DNA from: Flaccisagitta enflata
Taxonomy: Eukaryota
NCBI GenBank assembly: GCA_965153355.1
Contig: OZ231126.1
Coordinates: 34,534,001 to 34,598,000 of the forward strand
Length of the DNA stretch: 64,000 bases
Reading direction: 5' to 3'
Under the pieces are notes generated by a model. That model saw only the letters and a program-made list of their open reading frames with translations. It ran no database searches and was not told the origin of the DNA. A program made the translations under genes and the position numbers. This document shows positions 53,759 to 64,000 of this stretch, in pieces; the stretch's first letter is position 1; each line of letters starts with the position of its first letter.

Positions 53759-53938
53759 AAAACAAGGCCGGATACACGGCTACCCTATTCGCGTGCGGTT
53801 GGGGAGGAGCAGTGATGGAGAAGGTCACTGGGGCATTTGGGCAGGAGCGGTGAGCTCAAAACGCTAACAACGCCGAAAAAAGTAACCGACAGACGGACGG
53901 ACAAGCAGGGGTAGAGTCGCGTTGCACGCGACTAAAAA
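53759..53938 (-). mobile_element. HINE, GTCGCG subfamily
   Basis: Full AACAAGGCC...GTCGCGTTGCACGCGACT-AAAAA structure in an A-run. Confidence 0.8.
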
Positions 53939-54188
53939 TCTTAACTTTGCAGATTTCTATATAAGAGCGAAAAATAAATTGTGAAGACAGAAGAACATGG
54001 TTTGGTACACTTTTTTTTATAAGCACGCCGTTTATAAGCACGCCCAGCCTCAGATATTGGAAAAATTTAAGCACATTGCTAAGCAAGCTCCAAACAGATC
54101 ACCAATTTAGAAAAAAAAATTTTGATAAATTTTAAAAAATACGCTGATTTATGAATATATTTTTTTAGAACTTTAAAGATTTGTAATT

Positions 54189-55648
54189 CGAGAAGATACA
54201 TGACACATATCCATAATAGCATACCTTGAAATCTTTGATGGCATACCTTGAAGTCCATGATGGCATACCTTGAAGTCCATGATGGCATACCTTGAAGTCC
54301 ATGATGGCATACCTTGAAGTCCATGATGGCATACCTTGAAGTCCATGATGGCATACCTTGAAGTCCATGATGGCATACCTTGAAGTCCATGATGGCATAC
54401 CTTGAAGTCCATGATGGCATACCTTGAAGTCCATGATGGCATACCTTGAAGTCCATGATGGCATACCTTGAAGTCCATGATGGCATACCTTGAAGTCCAT
54501 GATGGCATACCTTGAAGTCCATGATGGCATACCTTGAAGTCCATAATGGCATACCTTGAAGTCCATAATGGCATACCTTGAAGTCCATAATGGCATACCT
54601 TGAAGTCCATAATGGCATACCTTGAAGTCCATGAGGGCATACCTTGAAGTCCATGAGGGCATACCTTGAAGTCCATGATGGCATACCTTGAAGTCCATAA
54701 TGGCATACCTTGAAGTCCATAATGGCATACCTTGAAGTCCATAATGGCATACCTTGAAGTCCATAATGGCATACCTTGAAGTCCATAATGGCATACCTTA
54801 TAGTCCATAATGGCATACCTTGAAGTCCATAATGGCATACCTTGAAGTCCATAATGGCATACCTTGAAGTCCATAATGGCATACCTTGAAGTCCATAATG
54901 GCATACCTTGAAGTCCATAATGGCATACCTTGAAGTCCATAATGGCATACCTTGAAGTCCATAATGGCATACCTTGAAAAAAAATTCAAAAAAAAAAATC
55001 CAAAAAAAAAATTTCCAAAAAAAAAATTTCAAAGAAAAAAAAATTTCAAAAAGAAAAAAAAATTCAAAATAAAAATTGCTGAAGTCCTAGTAAAATATTA
55101 CCACATAAATAAGCTAATATCTCATAAAACAGACTTCAGATTTAATTCGAATTTTGCAGGGGCTGTTCAATTGATATCTTTTACTTGTATACCAAATTAG
55201 AGACAAATTCACATACCTTTACTACCCTTTGCCTATGTAAATTGCCTAAGTCCTAGTAACAAGTTGCTAGATAAATAAGCTATTATCTCATAAACCAGAC
55301 TTCAGATTTAATTCGAATTTTGCAGGGGTTGTTTGTTTAGTACCCTTTACTTGTAAACCAAATTATGAAAAAATTCACAAACTCTTACTACCCTCTACCT
55401 ATGTAAATCGCATAAGTCCTAGCTAAATATTGCTACAAAAATAATAGGCAAAGGGTATTAAATGTTAATGAATTTTTTTGAAAATTGGTACACAAGCTCC
55501 TATTGACCTATAAACAACACCAGCAAAGTTTCATGAACATCTGAAGTCTGGTTCAAAAGATATGAGAGGGTTTTAAACGACAGACAGACAGACTACACGA
55601 TCAGGTCCATCACATAGTCCCACGGATCTGATTGCCGTGGGACAAAAA
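54189..55648 (-). mobile_element. Truncated copy of the large HINE-like family with a 22-bp satellite
   Basis: Right end ACAGACTACACGATCAGGTCC..GTCCCACGG..CCGTGGGAC-AAAAA; left part starts internally at CGAGAAGATAC (compare 57089). Confidence 0.75.
54218..54977. repeat. 22-bp tandem satellite GGCATACCTTGAAGTCCAT(G/A)AT, about 34 copies
   Basis: Head-to-tail, no spacers. Confidence 0.97.
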
Positions 55649-56146
55649 TTTTGATAAATTTTAAAAAATACGCTGATTTATGAATATATTTTTTTAGAAC
55701 TTTAAAGATTTGTAATTACTTTTTTAGTAAGAACTCAAAATTATCAAAGATGTTTTCATTCTCATACTTAAATACTAAATGACCAAGCTCAACCTCCAGA
55801 ATATTAGGGATTTTGATATTGATAGGAATATTTGAATTTCTGATAATGCTCTACATTATTGTTTATACAGTCGAGCTTCACTAGAGCGCACCCGCTAATA
55901 AGGCATCCCTCGCATCAAGGCATGATTTGAAAAGTCCCAACTTTTTTCTCTTTATTCTTTTGTTGAAAAGCCCCGCATATAAGGCACCCGCCTATTAGGC
56001 AAATTTCACTATAGCGCATGAATAATGGGGTTTTTGGATGATTTTTTGCTCGTTTGAAGGCATCTGACAAACTAAGTGTGTTTAGGATGAGGAGGTGAAT
56101 AACCTAAGGTTGCAAGAAAAGGCAAAAGACAGAAAAGAATTATCGA

Positions 56147-56476
56147 CAGGGGTGTATATAGTTGAGCGGCTTTTGATTTTATTCCCCCCCCTGCCTTTAA
56201 TTTTCTTCCCCGCGACGCATTGCGTCGCGTTACAAAATCTTTGATTTTCTTCCTCTCAAAACAATGAAACAGTATATTTTAGGTTTAAATAGTGTTAAAT
56301 TGTATTGTAGTAATTGCATTTTACCTTTTAGTACTACCAAAAGTGTAAGATCTTCAAAAAATTTTCTTTTTTCTTTTTTTCAAACTTTTGATTTTCTTGC
56401 CCATCTCCAAACCCTTTGATTTTATTCCCCCCCTCACCGGGGGGGGGGGGGGAATACTCAACTTTATACACCCCTG
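56147..56476. mobile_element. hAT-type MITE
   Basis: ATTATCGA|CAGGGGTGTATA...TATACACCCCTG|ATTATCGA, perfect 8-bp TSD. Confidence 0.9.
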
Positions 56477-57017
56477 ATTATCGATGAGATCGATGATGAT
56501 AATGGAGAGGAAAACCAATGACGATGAAGAGGTATACTGATGATGAAAAGGAGCACCGATGATTATGAGGAAGAGGAAGTGAAAGTAACAGACAAAGTGA
56601 AGTAAAAGTGAGAGGAGGGAGATGATGAAGAGGAGGAGCGAAAAGTTGATTAGCCATTGAATCCATGCCAATAAACCACTAAATGCCTTTCGAGTAATGG
56701 GTCTAAGAATGGTTGCTACCATGCGAGTTTCAAAATCAATGAAAGTGACAGTCTTATAACCTTGTAAATATTTTCTCAATGTCATCTTCAACTAAGTCTT
56801 TCTTGGAGAGATAAATGATCCCCATCATGAGTTTATCTTTCATGCACTGCAATCACTTTTCTTTATTCATTCATGGTAAGTCAGATGGCGAGCTGGTTAA
56901 TGAATGATGATAACAGCGAGACTTTACTTTTTGCAAAAAATAAAGGAAGATCAAAATTCTGTTTGTTGCCATTTCCCAGCATCCATCTATACCTATTTGA
57001 TTGTGTATCAAACCAAA

Positions 57018-59186
57018 AAAACTTCAAAATTACAGTCCCCGACGGGGAACTGAAATTTTTGAAGCTTTCTTCTTGCGTAAACGCAACTCGAGAAGATACG
57101 TGACAAAACTAAAATTTCTAATAGAAAAAATAAAAAAATTCAATATTGTTATAGCGATGACAAACCTTGATAATGATAAGGATAGTGGATGATGATGATG
57201 ACAACAATGAATGATAAAAACAATAAAAACATAAATAAAAAAATTTCAAAAAAAAATTTCAAAAAATTTTTCAAAAATTTAGAAAAGAAAATTTACAAGA
57301 AATTTCCAAAAAAATTTCAAAAACTTTTCGAAAAAAATTCTACGAAAAAATTTTTTGAAAAAAATTTTCCAAAAAAATTTTTCCAAAAAAATTTTCCAAA
57401 TTTTTTTCAAAAAAAAATTAGAAAAAAAAAATTAAAAAAAAAATTTTCAAATACCTTGAAGTCCATAATGGCATACCTTGAAGTCAATAATGACATACCT
57501 TGAAGTCCATGGTGGCATACCTTGAAGTCCATGGTGACATACCTTGAAGTCCATGGTGGCATACCTTGAAGTCCATGGTGGCATACCTTGAAGTCCATGG
57601 TGGCATACCTTGAAGTCCATGGTGGCATACCTTGAAGTCCATGGTGGCATACCTTGAAGTCCATGGTGGCATACCTTGAAGTCCATGGTGGCATACCTTG
57701 AAGTCCATGGTGGCATACCTTGAAGTCCATGATGGCATACCTTGAAGTCCATGGTGGCATACCTTGAAGTCCATGGTGGCATACCTTGAAGTCCATGGTG
57801 GCATACCTTGAAGTCCATGGTGGCATACCTTGAAGTCCATGGTGGCATACCTTGAAGTCCATGGTGGCATACCTTGAAGTCCATGGTGGCATACCTTGAA
57901 GTCCATGGTGGCATACCTTGAAGTCCATGGTGGCATACCTTGAAGTCCATGGTGGCATACCTTGAAGTCCATGGTGGCATACCTTGAAGTCCATGGTGGC
58001 ATACCTTGAAGTCCATGGCGGCATACCATGAAGTCCATGGCGGCATACCATGAAGTCCATGGCGGCATACCTTGAAGTCCATGGTGGCATACCTTGAAGT
58101 CCATGGTGGCATACCTTGAAGTCCATGGTGGCATACCTTGAAGTCCATGGTGGCATACCTTGAAGTCCATGGTGGCATACCTTGAAGTCCATGATGGCAT
58201 ACCTAGAAGTCCATGGCGGCATACCTTGAAGTCCATGGTGGCATACCTTGAAGTCCATGGTGGCATACCTTGAAGTCCATGGTGGCATACCTTGAAGTCC
58301 ATGGTGGCATACCTTGAAGTCCATGGTGGCATACCTTGAAGTCCATGGTGGCATACCTTGAAGTCCATGGTGGCATACCTTGAAGTCCATGGTGGCATAC
58401 CTTGAAGTCCATGGTGGCATACCTTGAAGTCCATGGTGGCATACCTTGAAGTCCATGGTGGCATACCTTGAAGTCCATGATGGCATACCTTGAAGTCCAT
58501 GATGGCATACCTTATGATCCATTATGGCAAACAAAGAAAAACAGAATGTAATGAATGAACAAGTAAAAATTTTCATCAACTCAAATCCATTTTATAAATT
58601 GCCTAAGTCCTAGTAACATATTACTACATACATAAATAAGCTAATATCTCATACAACAGACCTCAGATTTAATTCGAATTTTGTAGGGGCTGTTCAATTG
58701 ACATCCTTTACTAGTATACCAAATTAAAAAAAAAAAATTCACATGCCTTTACTACCCTTTGCCTATGTAAATCCCCTAAGTCCTTGTAACATATTACTAT
58801 ATGAATAAGCTAATATCTCATGAACCAGACCTTAGACTTAATTCGAATTTTGCAGGGGTTGCTTGTTTAATACCCTTTACATGTATACCAAATTAAAAGA
58901 AAATTCACATAGGTTTACTACCCTCTACCTATGGAAATCGCTTAGGTCAAATAAAATATTACTACAAAAATAATGGGCAAAGGGTAGTAAAAATTAATGA
59001 ATTTTTCTGAAAATTAGTACACAAGCTCCAATTGACATAAAAGTACCACTGGTAAAGTTTCATGAACTTTTGAGGTCTGGTTAAAAAGATATGAGGTTTT
59101 AAATGAACGAACGAACAACAACGACAGACTACACGATCAGGTCCATCACAAAGTCACCGACGAAAACTGTTCGTCGGGGACAAAAA
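57018..59186 (-). mobile_element. Full-length copy of the large HINE-like family with a 22-bp satellite
   Basis: Left AACTTCAAAATTACAGTCCCCGACG; right GTCACCGACG..CGTCGGGGAC-AAAAA. Confidence 0.8.
57452..58513. repeat. 22-bp tandem satellite GGCATACCTTGAAGTCCATGGT, about 48 copies
   Basis: Head-to-tail, no spacers. Confidence 0.97.
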
Positions 59187-59493
59187 TAGAATGATTAAAG
59201 CATATTTGAACCTTGTGTTCAGTATGATGCAGAAATTAACCGGTCCCTTGAAATGCCTTCTAGTGAGGCTAAACTGTACCTGTATTTTTATGGTTTTATT
59301 TTTAATCTATATATATATATACAATGTTCTATATTGTTAAGTATATTCAGTTCTATAATCTGTATCAACTTTATTGTAGTCTTAATATTTCCCCTTGATT
59401 TTTAATAAGCACGCACTTAAGCATATTTAAACCTCAAAAATGCGATTTTGCTAAGCACGCTCAGCCTCAGCTGAAAAAAGTGCGTGCTCATAA

Positions 59494-61250
59494 AACAAGG
59501 CCAACACTTATAAGTCGCGTACAGGACAAAAATAACTGAACTGACCTGACTCCTTATTCTATCTTTTTATCGAAAATCAGACTTAAACCAGACCCAAACC
59601 AGACTCAAACCAGACCCAAACCAGACTCAAACCAGACTCAAACCAGACTCAAACCAGACTCAAACCAGACTCAAACCAGAATTAAACTAGACCTAAACCA
59701 GACCAAAACCAGATGTAAACCAGACATAAACCAGACATAAACCAGACATAAACCAGACATAAACCAGACATGAATCAGACATAAACCAGACTTAAACCAG
59801 ACTCAAACCAGACATGAACCAGACATGAACCAGACATGAACCAGACTCAAACCAGACTCAAACCAGACTCAAACCAGACTCAAACCAGACTCAAACCAGA
59901 CTCAAACCAGACTCAAACCAGCAGACTTAAACCAGCATACTTAAACCAGCATACTTAAACCAGCATACTTAAACCAGCAGACTCAAACCAGCAGACTCAA
60001 ACCAGCAGACTCAAACCAGCAGACTCAAACCAGCAGACTCAAACCAGCAGACTCAAACCAGCAGACTCAAACCAGCAGACTCAAACCAGCAGACTCAAAC
60101 CAGCAGACTCAAACCAGCAGACTCAAACCAGCAGACTCAAACCAGCAGACTCAAACCAGCAGACTTAAACCAGAAGACTTAAACCAGCAGACTTAAACCA
60201 GAAGACTTAAACCAGAAGGCTTAAACCAGCAGACTTAAACCAGCAGGCTTAAACCAGCAGACTTAAACCAGCAGACTTAAACCAGCCAACTTAAACCAGC
60301 AGACTTAAACCAGCAGACTTAAACCAGCAGACTTAAACCAGCAGACTTAAACCAGCAGACTTAAACCAGCAGACTTGACCAGCAGACCAGGAGACCTTAA
60401 TCAGCCAACTTGAAACCAGCAGACTTGACATGACATGTATGACAAAAACATACCAAAAAACATAAATGACCATAACATACCAAAAAACATAAATGACCAA
60501 AAAATAAAAAAAACAAAAAAATTAAAAAGAAATATAAATTAACAAAAAACCCAAAAACAAAAACAAAAAAAACCAAAAAAATAAAACAAAAAAAACAAAA
60601 ACCAAAAAAAACAAAAACCAAAAAACCATGTTAAATGACCAAAAATGACCTGAAATGTTCCAAAATGACTTAAAATGACTTGAAACTATTTTTACTGCCC
60701 AAAAATGACACGAATGGTTTAAATGTACAAAGTGACATGAATGATCAAAAATGACCAAAAATGACTAAAAGCAACCAAAAATAACTAAACGCAACCAAAA
60801 ATGACCAAAAACAACAAAAAAATGACTCAAAATGACTCCAGACGACCAAAATTGACCAAAAACGACGCAAAAAAGCAAAGTGTTACTAAAAACTACAAAA
60901 GCCAAAAAATAACTTAGAGTGACTTAGAATGACTTAGAATGACTTGTAATGACTTAGAATGACTTGTAATGACTTAGAATGACTTAGAATAACTTAGAAT
61001 GACTAAGAATGACTTTAAATGACTTAAAATAATATAAAATGACAAAAATGACAAAAAATGACAAAATGACTTAAGTGACTAAAATTAACTGAAAATGACT
61101 GGAAATGACTTAGAATGACTTAAAATGACTTAAAATGATGTAAGATACCCTAAAATGACGTAAAACGACAAAAAAAAGCAAAGTGTTACGGACGGACCGA
61201 CCGACGGACCGACAGAGCGGGTTATAGAGTCGCGTGCACGCGACTAAAAA
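59494..61250 (-). mobile_element. Expanded HINE with 11-bp, 14-bp and 10-bp tandem cores
   Basis: AACAAGGCCAACACTTATAAGTCGCGT..(AAACCAGACTC)n..(AAACCAGCAGACTY)n..(AATGACTTAG)n..AGTCGCGTGCACGCGACT-AAAAA. Confidence 0.85.
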
Positions 61251-61287
61251 AAAGTGTACTGAGTAGTGAGTACAGACGATAGAGCAA

Positions 61288-61905
61288 ACAAGGCCAAGAG
61301 ATGTCCAATAGATGCGTCCTCTTTAGATGTAAGATATTATCATACAAATTATTAAGATATTAAGATATTAAGATATAATGATATGAAAATAAAAAGATAC
61401 AGAGAAAAAGAGAAAAGTATAAACTGATTCCTCCCTCCCCCTTACGCCTCCCCAACTCCCCCCCCCACCCCCGCGCCTCCCCGATTTAGACGCCAATTTC
61501 ACATTGTTATATCGAAAATCATAAAGCGCCTGTGCTTGTGTCATCATCTACATAGAAATCACCAGCAAAAGTTGTTCTTCTGCCTTCTTCTTGCTCTCTG
61601 TTTTAGCGGCCCTCTAGGGGCACAAGGCAGAAAACGCAAAAAAAATATATGAACAAAGCAGCGGCAGCGTCAGGAGTAGCGGCAGGGGTTTTAAAACAAG
61701 CTTGATCGTTGAGGAATTTATGATAATGGTACACATTTAAAACTCAAAAGCGCAGTATGTTTTACTTTGAACCAAGCATTGTCCACTTACACACAGCAAG
61801 TTAAGACAGCCCCTCATTCACTTATCCAAATCTTTCACTGGTGCTTTGCATTTTTAGCTTGAAATTTTATGCCTACTTATAGAGATGCGAGGACGCATCT
61901 AAAAA
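61288..61905 (-). mobile_element. HINE, GATGCGTCCT subfamily
   Basis: AACAAGGCCAAG..AGATGCGTCCTC...AGATGCGAGGACGCATCT-AAAAA; opposite-orientation copy at about 7247-7512, fragment at about 25170-25315. Confidence 0.7.
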
Positions 61906-62858
61906 CGAAAGGGAAGAATACAAACTAGAGAGCAGTAAGTGACACAGAACTAAGAGGCAGGCAAAAACGCCGACGAGTAGGTCAAAGGGAGCTGAGAACC
62001 ATTGGAACGAGACCAGATATTGACAATTAACACTTCCACGCGTAATACAACGTGAAGATTACAAAAACCGTAAAAAAAGGTTAGCACCCCTACTTACAGC
62101 TTATGATAGGGAGGGACACGGATGGTGGCATTTTGACAGAAATGTTCCAATCATAGATTGGACACCTAGGTTATCAAATTTAATGATTTTCTGGACCAAT
62201 TCAACTGTCCAATTCAATTTTTCTGAAAATTTGGAAAAACGCCAGCCATATTTTGATAAGACGTCAAATCGCGAAAAATTGCAAAAATAGCGGAAAATCA
62301 TAATAAACCTTAAAGTTACATAAGATCAATTTTAAGCAAGATGATGAGTCATGTTGTTTTATTTGGGTGCCTGACTTATTATTCTTTAGTATCCATACTG
62401 AGACAAAAAATGAAACTTTATTCCTCCAACCCCCCCCCCTTTATCGCCACTGTAGCCTCGAGAGGTAAAGTTTTGTGTCTGATTTTAATCATATACTATA
62501 GTACTCTAGTACTCTGGTTTTACTCTTACTCATCATTTGTATTCTTCCACTATGGTTGGAGAAGAACAGATGAATAACAAGGAATTGTGACCCCAAAGAT
62601 CTCACATCAGGATCTGCAAGGGCCCAAAATAGACTTAAAATCAAGAACATTTTTTTCTGTTTTTTAGCACAAAAGTGTTACACTGGCCCATTGGTCTGTG
62701 CCACTTAGTGTGGGAGGAGAAACATAGGTTGCTAACGGGGATTTTGACCCTAAGGGGCTGCACAACACGTCCCTCAAAGGCTAACAATGGTCAAAAATAG
62801 AAGAAATGAGGGGCAGTGGCCCCAAAGGGCCTACGTCCCCAAAGGGCCTATGTCCTAT

Positions 62859-63355
62859 TCGGGTGTGTCAAAAATAAAAAAGTTTCTTTGATCAGATCAT
62901 CAACATCAGGGTGCATAAACAAAAGAATTTTAAGACCTTTGGAGTTTTCTTTTTTCCAAATTTCATGTATACTTCATTTTTAGACGCTAATTTGTATATT
63001 GCTGTGCTTTGATTTCATATTGGAATTATTGTTTGTAAGTATAATAAAGTAGCCACTTAAATATATTGCTTTGATTTCTAATTGGGATTAAGTAATATTT
63101 GGTTTTTTTCCACCAAAATCATTAAAGAAATAGAACTTTATATTCTTTGTTGAAGATTTGGGTCTTATTTTCAACAAAACTAGGTGGAGACTCTGAAAAT
63201 ATATATATTTTTAACAATCTTTTCCTGCCTGAAAAAAAACGGAAGATGACTGAAATTTGAAAAAATAAAAACGCTAAAAGTTTTAATTCTTTTGTTTACG
63301 TACCCTGATGTTGGTGAACTGATCAAAGATACTTTTTTATTTTTGACACACAGAA
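62859..63355. mobile_element. Third, diverged copy of the TCGGGTGTGTC MITE
   Basis: Same TIR family; degenerate TSD ATGTCCTAT / ATGTCTCAT. Confidence 0.75.
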
Positions 63356-64000
63356 ATGTCTCATGGAACACAGGGGTGAATTTCCATACATCCTTCCTTC
63401 TGTATGTCTTTCCTGTTTTTATCCGTATGTCCCCCTCCAGGCTTGAAGCCCCAATCCAGACTACTGAGGCCTGAAATCTAGTCTCTGGAGCTTTAAATCA
63501 GCCCTCTTAGGCCTGATATCAGCCTTGCCCTGGCTGAAATCAGCCCTCTCAAGCCTGAAATCAGCCATCCAAGACCTGAAATCTATCTTCTCAGGTCTAA
63601 AACCAGTCCTCTCTAAACTAAAATCAGCTTGTACCTGGCAGAAATCAGCTCTCACTGGCCCTAAATCAACCCTCATAGGCCTAGAACCAGTCATCACAGG
63701 CCCTAAATCATTCCTCACAGGCCTGAGATCAGCACTCAAAGGGGTAGAGTTCAATGGAGATCACTGAAGCCGGAAAAAGGATCGCCCACACCCCCTTACT
63801 CTTTCCCTGGACTTATGGAAATTCATGCCTGTGTTTTAAAGGAGGGCATGTATGATCTTTGGATGATTTTTTTTTCATGTTTTGTAGTAGTTGAATGATA
63901 CACTGACTCATTTTTTTTGTTACCATCTAATGTAGATGAAAAGTACATATGGAATATAAGTTATGGATTGAGATGGATCTCAATCCATCTTATCTCAAAA

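Larger units (their letters stand above)
55868..59276. mobile_element. pogo/Tigger-like element with nested insertions
   Basis: TA|CAGTCGAGCTTCACTAGA...TCTAGTGAGGCTAAACTG|TA. Confidence 0.7.
54008..61256. mobile_element. CAC-poly(T) MITE expanded to 7.2 kb by nested insertions
   Basis: TA|CACTTTTTTTTATAAGCACGC at left; GCGTGCTCATAAAA [HINE] AAAAAAGTG|TA at right. Confidence 0.7.

Noticed and set aside
56354-56870. Possible transposase remnant in the Tigger-like element
   Set aside because: No DDE or HTH motif recognisable; acidic low-complexity sequence with stops
54079-58579. Long ORFs of 200-390 aa (MDFKVCHHGLQGMPPWTSRYA repeats) and a CRISPR-like look
   Set aside because: Translations of a stop-free 22-bp tandem satellite, open in all three minus frames; no unique spacers, no cas genes

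Overview
AT-rich, intron-rich eukaryotic (invertebrate animal-type) DNA dominated by repeats; nearly all ORFs in the supplied track are artefacts of microsatellites and satellites. By manual splicing I recover (i) a complete 7-exon cytosolic-type alpha-carbonic anhydrase on the minus strand (ATG 31353 to TAG 13065; 783 nt, 260 aa). It keeps all three Zn-ligand histidines, has Gln at the His64 proton-shuttle position and carries 10 cysteines. I also recover (ii) the terminal coding exon of a sphingosine/ceramide-kinase-like gene on the plus strand (8164-8333), convergent with the CA gene. The rest is mostly non-autonomous DNA transposons. There are several Helentron/DINE-1-like (HINE) families sharing one architecture, some carrying expanded satellites, and MITE/foldback elements with TA, 4-, 5-, 8- and 9-bp target duplications, often nested several layers deep. 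A 5'-truncated CR1-type LINE fragment is also present. A weak candidate promoter and 5' exons of a third gene lie at about 51.4-53.8 kb. I found no rRNA, tRNA, CRISPR array or intact transposase. All family assignments come from termini, TSDs and motif recognition by eye, with no database search; repeat boundaries may be off by a few bases.
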